From the human T2T-CHM13v2.0 reference genome, Homo sapiens, in assembly GCF_009914755.1 (NCBI RefSeq), contig NC_060948.1: DNA of 64,000 nt. One strand, given 5' to 3'. The notes beneath the pieces are model-generated. The model was not told the origin of the DNA and ran no database searches. It saw nothing but the letters and a program-made list of their open reading frames with translations. A program made the position numbers and the translations under genes. Position 1 is the stretch's first letter; each line of letters opens with the position of its first letter. Of the stretch, positions 1 through 14,155 are shown in pieces.

Positions 1-386
1 CCTTGTTATAGACTAGGCGACTTAAATTCTCCCCTGGCTTAAATGGGAGCAAGAAGAAGGATGGTCCTATTGTCCCTAACACACAGGCTGTGGTCCATTT
101 TTCGAGCAAAAGTTGGTAGGCCTTCATCCCACAGATCAAGTATAGTCATGCTGTTGCTCTCCAAATATTTGGGGCATCTAGTTAATACCATAACTGAATT
201 AATGTTGGAAATTGGGAGACAGGGTTCAAGTCTGGCACAGAGGAATTCTCTATATAGCTTCTCCACTGAGTCTTATTTTCTGATTCCTCGAAATATAGTT
301 GACCTAAACAAGTTATATCTCCTACTTGAGTTTGAAAGTCTTTCCCCATCATGCTATGCAGTATCTTCCAATGATATTGTCAGTAG

Positions 387-714
<328 letters not shown>

Positions 715-1955
715 GGCATTAAATTTTGTAGTGAATTCTCGTATAGTAAAGTTATCTTGTGGCATTAGTTCTCTGGCTTCCCAAGGCTATTGTTCACCTA
801 TACTAGTACCTCCACATACATAACATGAGGTGACTCCAAGATTTGTAACTATACTTTTAGCTAGCTGATCAAATAGATTCTCAGCTGACATCAGAGGAAG
901 CTGGATTTTTGGTTCCTTGGTGTCAAAATGCTTATTAAAAGACTTGAAAAACCTGAAATGTGGCATTGTATTGACTTTAACCTTAGCTCGTTGGGTCTTC
1001 TTAATAATGACCAATGGAATGCCACAATTTGCTCCTTCCCAATTAAAGCTTAGTGTACCTTGGTGTCCTTTAGTCCAAAAGGGCATGATTCACTTCAGTA
1101 TGGTCAGATTAAGGGGGTCACATGTTCTAGTTGCACAACCAACCTTCGCTTCTTGGCTGGCAAGCAAGGCTACTCTCTCTGTGTAAGGGTGTTCACTGAA
1201 CTCATGGGTAGTCCACTGATTGTTACAATCAGGGCATCCCTCTTCCATTTCTCCTGTTATGGCCTTGGTGGCCTTAATATTGACCCTTTCTTGCTCTAAG
1301 TTTTTGCAGACCACTCCTAAATTGTATAGGTTGCTGAGATGTGTAGCCTGACAAGCATCAAAAGATATAGAAACTGATCCTGTATGTGACTAAAGCTTTA
1401 GCCATGTGTGGACTCACCACCGTCCAGTGTGGTTGGAGCAGGACAGTCATCCTTTTCTGATGTGCCTTGGTCTTTCTGGAGGATCAGTCAAGTTGGATTA
1501 TCTGGATCTTGCTGACTCCTCCACCAGTCTGGGACTGGGGCTGCAGGTTTCAGTCAGCTATGATGGATCCAGGACATGATACCTGCAATTTTACAGAAGA
1601 AGGGGTAGATATGATCACAACATGGGGCCATCCCACAAGGGCCTGAGGGTGGTAGGGTTCCGATGTTTAACCCATACAGAGTCCCCAGGTTGAAAGAGGT
1701 GTACTGCCTCTGTGAGGCTAATAGGTATTCTCTCTCTTACTCACCCTTGTATTTCTTGTATTACTTCACCTAATGCCTGCATTTGTCTCCTTAGGGTTAG
1801 CTCTTCTATTTATTTTAAATCTCCTTTTATCTGAGCTATGAGTTGGGGGTGGTCATCCATATACTATCTCATAGGGTGAATGCCCAGTCAATTTAGTAGG
1901 GGTACACCTGACTCAGAGAAGGACAATGGGCAATACCTGATCCCACCTTAAATGA

Positions 1956-2282
<327 letters not shown>

Positions 2283-2639
2283 TGCAAAACTTCTTCAACA
2301 GTTGTTTTAGTGTTTGGTTCATCCTGTCAACTTTTCCAGAACTCTGTGGATGGTAGGCTGTATGTAGCTTCCATTTAATTTTAAATATTTGGGGTAGTCG
2401 CTGCACTACTTCTGCCACAAAAAAAAAGCTGGCCTGTTGTCCGATCTAAAGTTAGTGGTAGTCCAAATATAGGAATAATGTCCTTTATTAGTATTCTGGT
2501 TACTTCTTGACTATTCTTGTGAATAGTTTCTCATTATCATGACTTACAGTGATTTAATTATCAGTCTGATACCTTTTCTGTTGAAGTTGCCTTTTTGAAG
2601 CAAGAATTATTTTGAAGAGGTGGGTGGGGCAAAAGAGAG

Positions 2640-2790
2640 GTATTGATAACTCTTTAGAGGATGTTTATATGTTAAGTTTCTTGATTGTGATGATGGTTTC
2701 CTGGTTGTATATACTTATCAAAATTTATCAAATTATATGCTTTAAATGTGTGCAGTTTTTGTATGTCAATTATACTTCAATAAATCTGTT
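2640..2790 (+). mobile_element. Ancient L1M 3'-end fragment
   Basis: ttgattgtgatgatggtttc...gtatgtcaattatacttcaataaa matches the L1MC/ME terminus pattern. Confidence 0.6.
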
Positions 2791-2810
2791 TTAAAAATGG
2801 GGCTTTGTTG

Positions 2811-3091
2811 GGCCATGTGTGGTGACTCACACCTGTAATGCCAGCACTTTGGGAGGCTGAGGTGGGGCCATCATGAGATTGGAAGATAGAGACCATCCTG
2901 GCCAACATGGTGAAAGCCCGTCTCTACTGAAAATACAAAATTTAGCTGGACATAGTGGCACAAGCCTGTAATCCCAGCTACTCAGGAGGCTGAGGCAGGA
3001 TAATCACTTAAACTGGGGAGTCAAAGGTTGCAGTAAGCTGAGATCATGCCACTGCACCCTGGCAACAGAATGAGAATCTATCTAAAAAAAA
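2811..3091 (+). mobile_element. AluS-type SINE
   Basis: Alu dimer; TSD aaaaatggggctttgt on both sides (2793-2808, ~3088-3103). Confidence 0.9.
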
Positions 3092-3134
3092 ATGGGGCTT
3101 TGTCATAACAGCAAACTAAAAATATGTGACAGTG

Positions 3135-3205
3135 GCATGTATAGCTATGTAACAAACCTGCACATTCTGCACATGTATCCCTGAACTTAAATAAAACAAA
3201 ATAAA
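3135..3205 (+). mobile_element. Short L1PA 3'-terminal fragment
   Basis: tatgtaacaaacctgcacattctgcacatgtatccctgaacttaaataaaa. Confidence 0.75.
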
Positions 3206-3872
3206 TCTAAAAATGAGTTGGCTATAAGGCAAAAATATGAGTCCAGAGGTGCAAAGTCTTCATTCATCTTCTTAAATAGTGATATGGAGAAATAGAAATG
3301 TCAGGCTACAAATTCAATCACTGGTTATGGGTGTGAAAGAAAGAAGAGACATAGGAGGGACATAAATTATTAGAACCCAGGAATAATATACATGAAAAAT
3401 CAAGTATTTGGATTTAGCCACAGCTGTACTTGACCAAGAGAATCTGTAGTAGGGATTTCCCAAGCATAAAAAATTATTTATATTACCAGCACAAAGAATG
3501 AATAATTCCTCATGTTAATAAGTTCCCAAGCTTCAATATCTAATGTCTCTGTCTCTGCAGCAGAATCAGTTCTCTCAATGACCAAACATTTCCTCTCAAT
3601 AGAAAGTTGCAATGATCAGTCTTATTACACAGCAAACAAAGACATTGAAACTAACTCACAAAACATCTTGAGGCATTGATGGAAGAGTTGATCTACTGCA
3701 AAACCAAGTTGCCAACAATCACAGAGGAGAAGATACCAGCTCAGATCTGCACAGCTTAGCTTAACTCGCTCTCTCTCCCCTGAGCTCCTATGCTGTCCAT
3801 CTTTGCTTGCCTCATGATACTAATATTTTCAGTGGTTTGCATACTCTGAAAATTAAAAGATCATTCATACAT

Positions 3873-4451
3873 CTGCCACCGTCATAGGTTCTTTGCCTCA
3901 GGTGTATGGCAAGTGAATATGCAGAGACACTGGGGTACAGTAGAGAAAGAGGTTTAATCAGAGAACCCCCCAAAACAAGATGGGAGGAAACCTCAAATCC
4001 ATCTCCCAGAGGAGTCTGGAGCTACAGTTTTCAAGGATTTCAAAGTGGGCCCAAGTGTGGACATCACTGATTGGTGGGAGAACGCAGGATGAACTCCCAA
4101 GACAGGAAGATGAAGAAGCTTTGTTCTCATGCCGATTGGATTCCTTTGTGGGGATCTTCAAACTGGTTGGCATCAGTTGTTTCACTGTAACTCTTTAGAA
4201 TTATGCTGGATCTGTGGAAGCAATTCTTAAACAAAACTCTTATGATTCTATCTATAGGATATATGATTCTATCCATTAGATTACTATAGATAGATAATGG
4301 TATCTACAGGAAAATGTGGATGCAAATTATCAGAATCTAGTTCTATGTGATTTCCATTTACAAAGAAGTGTGTAAAAAGCAGCCTGACTCATGCTTAATT
4401 ATAAATGTATTTCTGTCAAGAATTCTTGTGTACCCTGTGAGGACGGTTTCA
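3873..4451 (-). mobile_element. ERV1 (MER4-group-like) solo LTR
   Basis: tg...ca termini and an aaacctcaaatccatctccc motif typical of MER4-group LTRs; subfamily not resolved. Confidence 0.55.
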
Positions 4452-4984
4452 GATGTACAGCTTTGCATTGTAGCAAATCCCATTTATCTGCCAATAATAT
4501 GAAGCAGAACAACCTATTATCCCACCCACTATCTCAACAGGCAAAAAGAATTGCCTTGTCATAGGAGACTTCTGCCAAAGAAATCACATATATATGCATA
4601 TATGTAAATGCTTAGGTATATGTATACATAAAATGTAAAATAAAAACCATATCAGGGTTTGCCTTATGGAGTAATAGTCTATTTTCCCTACTTTCTGAAT
4701 GTGAGGAAGGATCACACCTTGTTATCATCCATATGTGTAGGACCTCACCTGCTTCCTACTCCATAACGGGAACTTTGCAAGGTCTCTTACATGCATCTTG
4801 TAGTTTAGATATTGAAGGAACTTGGAAAGAAAGGCATTTTCTCCAGGCTACAGAGAAGGACCCTGAGACAGAGCTTCCATCCCAAGTGACAAACTTATTT
4901 CGTATTTTGCTTTAATTTATCCTCCATCACAATTTCATTTTTTTCTCATCACCCCCCTAAGGAAATTTTTAATTCTTAAGTATT

Positions 4985-5260
4985 TATTTATTTTAGTTTT
5001 TGAAAGAGACTCACTCTGTTCGCCAGGCTGGAGTGCACTGATGCAATCTTGGCTCACTACAACATCCACCTCCTAGGATGAGGCAATTCTCCTGCTTCAG
5101 CCTCCCAAGTAGCGGGACTTACAGGTGCCTGTCACCGTAACTGGCTATTTTTTGCATTTTTAGAAGAGACAGGGTTTCACCATGTTGGCCAGGCTGGTCT
5201 TGGACTCTTGGCCTCAAGTGATTTGCCTGCCTCAGCATCCCAAAGTGTTGGGATTATAGG
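4985..5260 (-). mobile_element. AluS-type SINE
   Basis: Recognisable antisense Alu dimer. Confidence 0.88.
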
Positions 5261-5261
5261 T

Positions 5262-5547
5262 ATTTATTTGTAAGACAATATCTGGCTCTGTCATCCATGC
5301 TGGAGTTCAGTGGTACAACCTCAACTCACTTCAACCTTTACTTCCCAGGCTCAGGTGATCCTCCCACTTCAACTTCCCCAGTAGCTGGGATAAAAGATTG
5401 CCATGACTGGATATTTTCTGTATTTTTTGTAGAGATGGGGTCTCACTATGTTGCCCAGCATTGCCTCAAACACCTGGCCTCAAGTGGTCTGCCCACCTTG
5501 CCTACCAAAATGCTGGGATTCCAGACATAAGCCCCCATGCCCAGCCA
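5262..5547 (-). mobile_element. AluJ-type SINE adjacent to the previous Alu
   Basis: ggtctcactatgttgcccag and ctcaggtgatcctccc AluJ marks. Confidence 0.85.
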
Positions 5548-5878
5548 AAAGCTCAACATTCTTTTTCTAATTGTCTATGCTCCAGTAAAATGTTAATACC
5601 ATGAGCATGCTGCAGGTCAATTTATGTACTGTATGTATGTCTGTGCTGTATATATCAACAAATAAGATGTTTCTTTCACCCCTCAACATTTCCACTATTA
5701 CCTCCACTTGACACCCTTTGCCAGTTGAAAATTCGTGATAAACTAGAGTGCACAGGGATCCAATCATACGATTCTGTTTGAATGCCAATGTTTTCCCTCT
5801 GGAAAATTTAAACTCTCCCAGTACAATCAAGGAGTAGAAGGAGTAATATTTGAGTAGGTAAAATATTTTTTCAGTCTT

Positions 5879-6167
5879 TTCAGGTGCACTGGCTCATGCC
5901 TATACTCCTAGCACTTTGGGAGGCTAAGGTGGGAGGATCACTTGAGCCCAGAATTTGAGACAAGCATGAGAAACATAGTGAGACTGTATCTCCACAAAAA
6001 TTTTAAAAATTAGCTGCATGTGGTGGTGCACACCTGTAGTCCCAGGTACTTGGAAGATGAGGTGGGAGTATCACTTGAGCCCAGGAATTTGAGACTGCGG
6101 TAAGTCAGCAGTGATCATACCTCTGCACTCCATCCTTGGCAACAGAGCAAGACCTGTCTCTAAAAAA
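5879..6167 (+). mobile_element. AluJ-type SINE
   Basis: ggatcacttgagcccag in both arms. Confidence 0.88.
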
Positions 6168-6954
6168 GTAATAATAGTAATAATTCTCCAATATTATGCC
6201 TAGCCTTATTATATCACAATAAAAATACTGCACAAAATGCGGAGTGAATATCTCTGATGAGGGATTAATTTTATTGCAGAATTGATCCTGAAACCTAACA
6301 TTAGTATAGTCAAGCCAACCCTGAAGATAACAGAAAGACAAAAGCAGGAAAAAAAAGTTGTAGAAAAGTAAACGTAGAACTACAAAATCTCAAACATAAT
6401 TCTTGCAGCAAGCAATATATGACATTCTAAACTATATACACACACATAAAGAAGAAAAAGCCACAAGTAAATATTAAGAAATGGTAAGAAGAGAAATAGT
6501 AAAAAATGTGATATATGCAGTGACATGCTTGTGAGTTAAATGAATTTAAAAATTAAAAAATAGATATTCAGGATTATATAGTTAGTTAAAATTGATCCAG
6601 AATGGTGTACAATCTGTAACCCTTTTTCTTGAAATAACATACAAAATGCTAGAGAAATAAAAACAAGCAAAAATTACGAACTTCACCAACTCAGGAAGCA
6701 GCTGGCTCAGATGATTCTGCAAGGAAAATCTACTAACTCTTTAAATAAAAGTTTATTCCAGTGCTTTTTTAAAGGTAGCAGAACCCTCAAAATGGCATAT
6801 GGGAATTTTGTGAAGTAGAAATGGAATAAACATCTGAGCAGGTCACATATATACAAGCATTTCACACACTCTCACCTGGAAAAGTAGACTTGCTCCATCA
6901 GTTTTTTAGAGTGTGGTCTTAAAACCCCCAACAAGGATGTAAAAGGTTTAAATT

Positions 6955-7612
6955 CCTCTCTCCTTGCCTGCCTTCCCCCAACCCCTGGTTCCATGCTTCT
7001 TCCTCTGTCCTTCCTTCTCTTTCCCTCCCTCCCTCTCTCCCTTTGTTTCTCTCCCTTTGTTTCTCTCCCTCCCTCTCTCTGGACTCCCTTCTTCTCCCTC
7101 CCTCTCCATGTGTCTCCATCTCTCCCTCTCTTCTTTTCTCTCCCTCTTCCTTTCTTTCTCTCTCTCTCCCTATCTCTCTGTCTCTCTTTCCCTCCTTTTC
7201 TTCCTCCTTCACCTCTGTCTCTCCCTCTCTCTCCTTTTGTTTCTTTCTCCCCTCCCTCTCTGTCTTTTTTCTCCCTTTCTCTTCCTCCCTCTCTCTCCCT
7301 TTCCATCTTTCTTTCTTACTCTATTTGTACCCTTCTTCCTCTTCTCTCTCACCCTTGTATCCGTTTTCCTTCCTTCCTTCTGGTCCTTCTCTCTCTCTTT
7401 GTCTCATTTTCTCTCTCTCTCTGTCTCTCTCCTTCTCTCCTTGCTTCCCTCTCTGTCTCTCCAACTCTCTCCCTCTGTTTTTCCCTCTCCCTCTGACTTC
7501 CTCCCTGTCTCTCCCCCTCTTCCTTCCTCTCCCTTCTTCTGTGTCTCTCACTCTCTCTCTCCCTCTGTGTCACTCTTTCCCTTTAATTTCTCTCTCTTCC
7601 TCTCCTCACCTT
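6955..7612. repeat. ~650-bp CT-rich polypyrimidine/polypurine low-complexity tract
   Basis: The + strand is almost only C/T, with ctct/cctt units. This explains the spurious S/L/P/F and R/E/G/K ORFs. Confidence 0.95.
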
Positions 7613-8239
7613 CTATCAGTTTTGCTTCTTATGCTTCATATATTTTTGGAGCTCAGTTATTAACTCCATATACATACAAACCCATATCCCTTCCTACCTA
7701 TACATCTCACTAATTTTTTTTCCAGTAAGAAATGGACTTCATCTTTATTAACAGTCATCCTCTTCATATCTACTCCAATGAGAGTAGCAGAACCACTCTG
7801 GCTTTCTTCTCTTCAGTGTCAGCATGGGAGAATTCTTCTACTTTAAGAAACTTCAGCTTGTATCTGTATAGTAAATACATCTTTAAAAGAAACAACATAA
7901 GGTGGGGCCATTCTTTTTAAAACCAACCTAGCAATCAGTCCTTTAATTTGAGCATTGATTCTGTCTTTGTGCAGTGCAATGTTTGCTATGATTGCCCTTA
8001 AATATTCCATCATTAATTTATTTTCAATTTGTCCCATTTGTTTCTTTATTCTCTTGTTCTCTCATATTCTTCTTTGTTGAGTAGACTTTACTATTTTATT
8101 TTAATTGTTTCAAAATATGTTTAGCTTTTTAAATTTTTTTCAGCAATAAATTCAGCAGTCATAATACCTATATTAGATTGTGAGTTAACCTTCAATGCAT
8201 TATGCAATTATATTGCATAAAGAAAACCATCTCATACAT

Positions 8240-9104
8240 TAAATTGCTCTGGGTGAGTGGTTCTGGGTGAGTCAGTGGCTGAGCGGTTAGTTAATGTGAA
8301 GGTCTAGGATGTTACTGCAGAGGACTGTAGACTGAAAACACTGTGAACATAGGCCACACTAAGTTTATTAAAAATACATTTCTTCTTTCAATAATAAATG
8401 AAACACCTAACTGTAACCATTTTACTTTATACATTTTTTTATTTTTTTAACTTTTTGACCCCTTTACATAACATGTCTTAAAATGAAAACGCCAAGCATA
8501 TTTTTGTTTTTATATTTTTATTCTACAAGCTTCTCTCTCTTTTTTTTTTCTTGGTTTGTTTTAGAGACAGGATCTCCCTATATTGCCTACATTCTAGTAC
8601 AGTGGTGCAATCATGGCTTATTGCCGCCTTGAACTCCTGGGCACAAGCAATCCTCTACCATCAGCCTCCTGAGTAGCTGGGACTATAGGCACATACCACC
8701 ATGCCTATGTTGTCTGCCTGCCTAATTTTTAAATTTTATTTTACAGACACGGTCTCATTCCATTGCCAAGGATGGTCTTGAACTCCTGGCTTCAAGTGAT
8801 CCTCCCACCTCAGTCTCTCAGAGTGCTAAGATTATAGACATAAGCCACAGTGCCTGACCTACAAGTTTTTTCTGTTTTTAAATTATTTTTTTCCTTTAGT
8901 TACTCTGTAACCTTTTTTTAAAAAACTAAGACTCCAACACACATTAGCTTAGGCCCGCACAGGTCAGTATCATCAAGTCTTCAATAGAAAATAGGGATTT
9001 TTCAGCTACACAAAAGAGATAGTGTTTATTTCTGTGGACCTATGGGACAATGGTTGTTTATGTGGTTGGTCATTAGCTTAAATGTTATATGTGGTGCATA
9101 ATTG
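8240..9104. mobile_element. Tigger3/MER7-type DNA transposon fossil, interrupted by an Alu
   Basis: gggtgagtcagtg...aatgtgaaggtctagga...ccacactaagtttat, and terminal tatgggaca...gtggtgcataattg. Confidence 0.75.
8539..8859 (-). mobile_element. AluJ-type SINE within Tigger3
   Basis: Antisense Alu dimer; degenerate TSD tacaagcttctct / tacaagttttttct. Confidence 0.85.
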
Positions 9105-9374
9105 TATTTATAATATTTATTTTCAATAATTTATAATACTTATATGACTTTTTGTCCTGGAAGTCCAAAATGTAGGTCATCTCTAGATCTGTTGTTCTTT
9201 CAGGATAGTTAAGGTGTTTGATTATTACATGATTTCTTCATCTCTTTTTCGAAGTGGCTTCATCATTTTACATTCCCATTGGCAATATGTGAGTAATTCA
9301 GTTTCTTCACATGCCTGCTAACATTTGGTATTGTCACTTTCTTTTATTTTAGTCATTCTGAATAGGTGTGTGTA

Positions 9375-9752
9375 TGTCATGCACATCTGTGTGAAGCGAG
9401 TCCACCAACAGGCTTTGTGTGAGCAACAAGGTTGTTTATTTCACTTGGGAGCATGTGGACTGAGTTAGAGAAAGGAGTCAGCAAAGGGGGATGGGGTGGG
9501 CAGTTTCATAGGATTTAGGTAGGTAGTGGAAAATTACAGTCAAAAGGGGGTTGCTTTTTTGAAGGCAGGGGCAGGGGGTCACAAGGTGCTCAGCAGGAAG
9601 CATCTGAGACCCATTGTCCAGGAGAAGGAATTTCATAAGGTAATGTCATCAGTTAAGGCAGGAACTGACCATTTTCTCTTCTTTTGTGGTTCTTCAGTTG
9701 CCCTCAGGCCATCTGGATGTATACATGCAGGCTTGGGCTCAGAGGCCTGACA
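9375..9752 (-). repeat. 3' LTR (LTR7 family)
   Basis: The minus strand begins TGTCAGGCCTCTGAGCCCAAGCC, is preceded by the PPT, contains AATAAA and ends TGACA. Confidence 0.95.
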
Positions 9753-9789
9753 TTCCTGTCTTCTTATATTAATAAGAAAAATAAAACAA

Positions 9790-11206
9790 AATGATGGTGA
9801 AGTATTGGGGTAATGAAAATTTTTGGGGGTGGTACAGAGAGATAATGGGTGATGTTTCTCAGGGCTATTTCAAGCGGGATTGGGGCAGAGTGGGAAATTA
9901 GAGTGGGAGAGATTAAACTGAAGAAAGATTTTGGGGTAAGGGGTGATATTATGGAGGTGTTAGAAGGAGCATTTGTCATGTAGAATGATTGATGATGGCC
10001 TGGATGCAGTTTTGTATGAATAGAGAAACTAAATGGAAGACACAAGGTCTGAAAAAGAGAAGGAGAAAAACAGGTATTAAAGGACTACGAATTGGGAGGA
10101 CCCAGGACATCCAATTACAGAGTGCCCAAGGGGGTTCAGCATAATTATTTGCTTGGTGTTTGGAGTAAGGAAAACTAGTGTGCACATATCTGTCCAATTA
10201 GCAGGTAGACACATGTAGATAGAGGATTCACAGAAGAAGAAGAGAACTTGTGCAAGGAAAAACTGGAAATGCAAAGTGAAAAGATAAGAAGGAGTACTAA
10301 AAGAGGTGTCTTGCACCCAGACTCTTTAGGGATCTAGTGAGGGCAGAATCCATTAGAGGTTGTAATGGGGATTGATGGGGCAACTGCATACAGGAAGAGG
10401 TGTGATTTTTATGGTGTATGAGAAAGCTTTGAGTGTCTATGCGCAACCTTTCACTGTTATTTACAGAGCTGGATATAAGCAAAGAAGAAGAGGGCCTGGG
10501 AGAAGAGTGAAAAGCAAGGGGAAGGTAGCGAACGATGGTGTTAAATACAGGGTAAATGTCTTTTTAAGCAATAATAACTGCTAGTGCTTTTAAGTTTGTC
10601 TGTATTGATAGAGGGCTTATTTGTAATATGGAGCTGGAAAGCCCTATTTTTTTCAGGAATGGGTGTAATTAGGCTTTACATATGAAGAGTGAAGGAGCAT
10701 AGAGAAGGTGCTACCCAGGGGAATTCCAGTGGGTCTTTGCCAAGAGATGCATAAGGGAACAGCCACAGGAATAGTAGTGTGTGTTGTGAGGGGTCCAATT
10801 ATAGGGGAATTAGAGTTAATATAAGGAGAAAGGTTTTTTAAGTAAGTGCGGAGAAGGGTGTCAGCTTGCTGATGTGAAATGTCTGGGGAGGTCTTGCTGG
10901 ATCTGTCTAGAAAGTAAAGAAGTTCTTCTGGAGGGTAAAGGTGAATGTTGTTAAAAAAAAAAAAGTTCAGAGATATAGGGAGAAAGGAGATGTTACCCAG
11001 TCTGTATGTAAGGCAGGGACAGCTGTGTAAGTGCAGGAAGAAAGGGAAATGCAAAGCCAACAATTGTTTGCTAAGGAGGGATTAGAAACAGCTAAGTGAA
11101 TGAGATTGATAGTGTAGTGGAGATAGCTGTGGAGAGGTAGAGGGTGGCATAAGAATTGCAATGAGAATAAGAATGAGTATAAAAGTAAAGAATAGGACTT
11201 CATCAA
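9790..11206 (-). pseudogene. HERV-H env remnant
   Basis: Hydrophobic leader, CWLC motif, CLPANWTDMCTLVFLTP and membrane-proximal NNYAEPPWAL..WMSWVLP; frameshifted. Confidence 0.82.
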
Positions 11207-11699
11207 GGTGATTCATTGTCCAAGTGAAAGTGAAGAGAGCCTTGGATGAAGGGTGCAAAGTAATAGTAAAGGAAGCATGTTTGAGATGTAGAGGAGAATA
11301 ATGGCTTTTGGAGGGAAGTATTGAAGATAGAAGAATGCATAAGTTTGGTACCACGGGGTAGATAGGCAAGACAATTTAGTTGATAAGGCAAAGATCCTTG
11401 ACCAGACTGTAAGACTTGTCTGGTTTTTGGATGGGTAGGATAGGAGAGTTTTAAGGAAAGTTTGTAGGCTTTAAAAGGACATGTTGTAACAGGTGGATGA
11501 TAACAGGCTTTAACCCTTTTAAAGCCTGATGTGGACTGGGATAAGGGCAATTAGTTTTTAATGGATGATAAAAAGTACATGATCAGTTACTAAGCAGGGA
11601 GTAGAGGTGTCCCATACTTATGGATTAAGGTAGGGAGACACAAGGGGAGGATGTAAAGAGGCTTTGAACTGGGGAAAAGGGTGGCAATGAAGTGTGGCT

Positions 11700-13640
11700 G
11701 TAGCCCAGGAATAGTCAGGGAAGCAGATAATTTAGTTTAAATGTCTCTACTTAATAAGGGAGCTGGGAAGGTGGGGATAACTAAAAAGGAGTACATAAAA
11801 GAATGTTGTCCATGTTGGCACCAGAGTTGGAGTTTTAAGAGGCTTAGAAGCCTGACCATCAATAACCAAAACAGTTATGGAGGCAAGGGAAACAGGCCCT
11901 TGAAACGAAGGTAATGTGGAGTGGGTAGCCTCCATATTGATGAAGAAGGGGATGGACTTACCTTCCACTGTAAGAGTTACCTAAAGTGTCTGTAATTGTC
12001 CAGGCTTCCGAGGTGATTGGGCGTGTCAGTCTTCAACCGCAAAGCTGAGAAGATCTGGGAAGGAGTTAGTCAGAGATCCTGACGCCAGAGTTCCAAGGGC
12101 TCTGGGAGTGGTTGCTGGGTGATTCAGACAGTTCAATTGCCAGTGGGGTCCCACACAGATGGGACACAGGTTAGGAGGAATACCAAGCTTCAGGCATATC
12201 TTGGTGCAGTGGCCAGATTTTCAGCACTTGAAGCAAGATCCTGGGGGAGGAGACCCTGGAGGAATGGCTGACTGCTGCTGTTTAGGCATTCTGAAGTTCT
12301 TTTGTGCCAGAGATTTGGATGGGGTTTCTCCCAAAGCAGAGGCAAGTAATTGCGACAAAGAAATATGTTGCCACTTGGCTGCCTCTTCTTTATTATTGTA
12401 CACTTTTTAAAAGCAAGGTTAATTAATTCTTGTTGTGGGGTTTTAGGGCCAGATTCCAATTTTTGAAGGTTTTAGCTGATTGAGTAATAAAACGCTTATT
12501 GAGAGTAAGATGGCCTTCTGGCCCTTCTGGGTCCAAGGCTGTAAAGCTTCTCAGGGTTGCTGCCAAATGAGCCATGGGCTGGGCTGTGTTTTAATTTTTT
12601 CCTTGAGTAGTTTCTTTAAGTTTGTCATAATTAACAGGTTTGTATGCTGCCTTTTTAAGCCCTTCAACTAGGCAGGAAATCATGTGATCTCACCTAGCTA
12701 TACCTGAGGAATCTGCCTGATAGTTCCATTGGGGATCCTCTCGGGGAACTACTCTAATGCCTTCCTGGAGGTCTGGCTTATGAAGCCGGTGGTTGTCAGC
12801 ATGAGATTGGGCTAGAGAAAAAATAATCTTTCCCATTCATCTGTGGAGAGGGTTTAAGTTAGGATGACATTTAAGTCACTCAATGTTAAATTGTAGGACA
12901 TAGTTAGATATTGGAATTCCTGTATATATTTAGGGGGGTCTGATGAGAAAGAGCCTAAATGCTGACTTATTTGGGAGAGGTCAGCTAAAGAAAAAGGAGC
13001 ATTAACCTTGACTATGCCTTCAGCTCCAGCCACCTCTGTAAGAGGAAATTTTTGAGCAGGTGGGCTAGAGCTAGTTGCAGAACAAAACTGTAAGCCAGAA
13101 CAGGTGTGGGGAAGGGAGGTGACAGAAGTGTTGTAGGGTGGGGGAGCAGAGGCTGAAGAAGAGTTGGAGCCTGATTCAGCCTGGCAGGGAGTGACCTGAG
13201 GAGAAGCAGTCTGGGGAGGAGGAGAGAGGTCAGATGGGACTGTGAAAAAGGAAGATTCAAAAGACTCAGTGACACTTGGGTTTGGGACTGAAGGGACAGG
13301 CAGTTTGGAAAGAAGGAGGATTTGGGAAGAGTTGCATTGGGAACAGACACTAGGGTGGGAACAAAGTGTGAAAAATGTCTGGATGTCAGTCACCTCAGAC
13401 CATTTGCCCATTTTTTGACAAAAATTATCTAGGTCTTGTAGGATGGAGAAATCAAAAGTGCCATTTTCTGGCTATTTGGAACCATTGTTGATTTTGTTTT
13501 GGGGGCCAGCAATATTGCACAAGAAAAGAAGGCATTTATGTTTCAGGTCAGGTGTGAGTTAAAGAGGTTTTAAGTTCTTGAGAACACAGGCTAAGGGAGA
13601 AGAAGGGGAAGTGGAGGGTGGAAATTTGCCTATAGTGAAG
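11700..13640 (-). pseudogene. HERV-H gag-pro remnant
   Basis: ORF 12854-13411 (MGKWSEV...APPPY...APFSLADLSQ), zinc-knuckle region ~12190-12260, protease ~11750-11970. Confidence 0.85.
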
Positions 13641-14134
13641 GAGGCAAACCCAGATAAAAGAGAGGGTAGAGAAACAGAGGTGGGGGAGGTGGTACTTGCC
13701 ATCCAGGGGAGATGGTGCTTGCCACCCAGGGGAGGTGGTAATTGCCACCAAGGTGAAAGATCAAGGCAAGCATTCCCATGTTGATCAGACACCTCTGAAA
13801 TGTGGGTGAAGGGTCAGGCAGGTGTCCCCACAATGATTTAGACACCAAGGGAAGACTATCTTCCTGAGTCCATGATCAGCGCTGGAGTTTTGAGTTCACA
13901 GGTAAAACATGTCTCCTTTGTCTCTACTAGAGAGGAAAAATAACAAGAATTGGAAGGACAGGGAGATTGATGGGTATCAAGGGAGGCTGAAGGAGAGTGA
14001 AAAGACTGCTTACCTGATTTGAAGTTAGTGAGATGTTCCTTGGGCTGGTTGGTCTGAGGACCCGAGGTCATAGGTGGATCTCCTCATGGAGTGAGGGAGA
14101 GGACAGGAGACCAGTCTCCTAAAGGAGTCCCTTG

Positions 14135-14153
14135 TCCCAGGTCTTCAGCACCA
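14135..14153 (-). other. Primer binding site, tRNA-Phe-like
   Basis: Minus strand TGGTGCTGAAGACCTGGGA, 2 nt downstream of the 5' LTR. It resembles the Phe PBS TGGTGCCGAAACCCGGGA more than the His PBS TGGTGCCGTGACTCGGAT. Confidence 0.75.
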
Positions 14154-14155
14154 AA

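Noticed and set aside
6872-7713. ORFs of 144-249 aa
   Set aside because: Translations of the CT-rich low-complexity tract, which lacks stop codons by composition.
12854-13411. 185-aa gag ORF as a domesticated gene
   Set aside because: Partial, with stops and frameshifts in adjacent gag; no sign of selective preservation.
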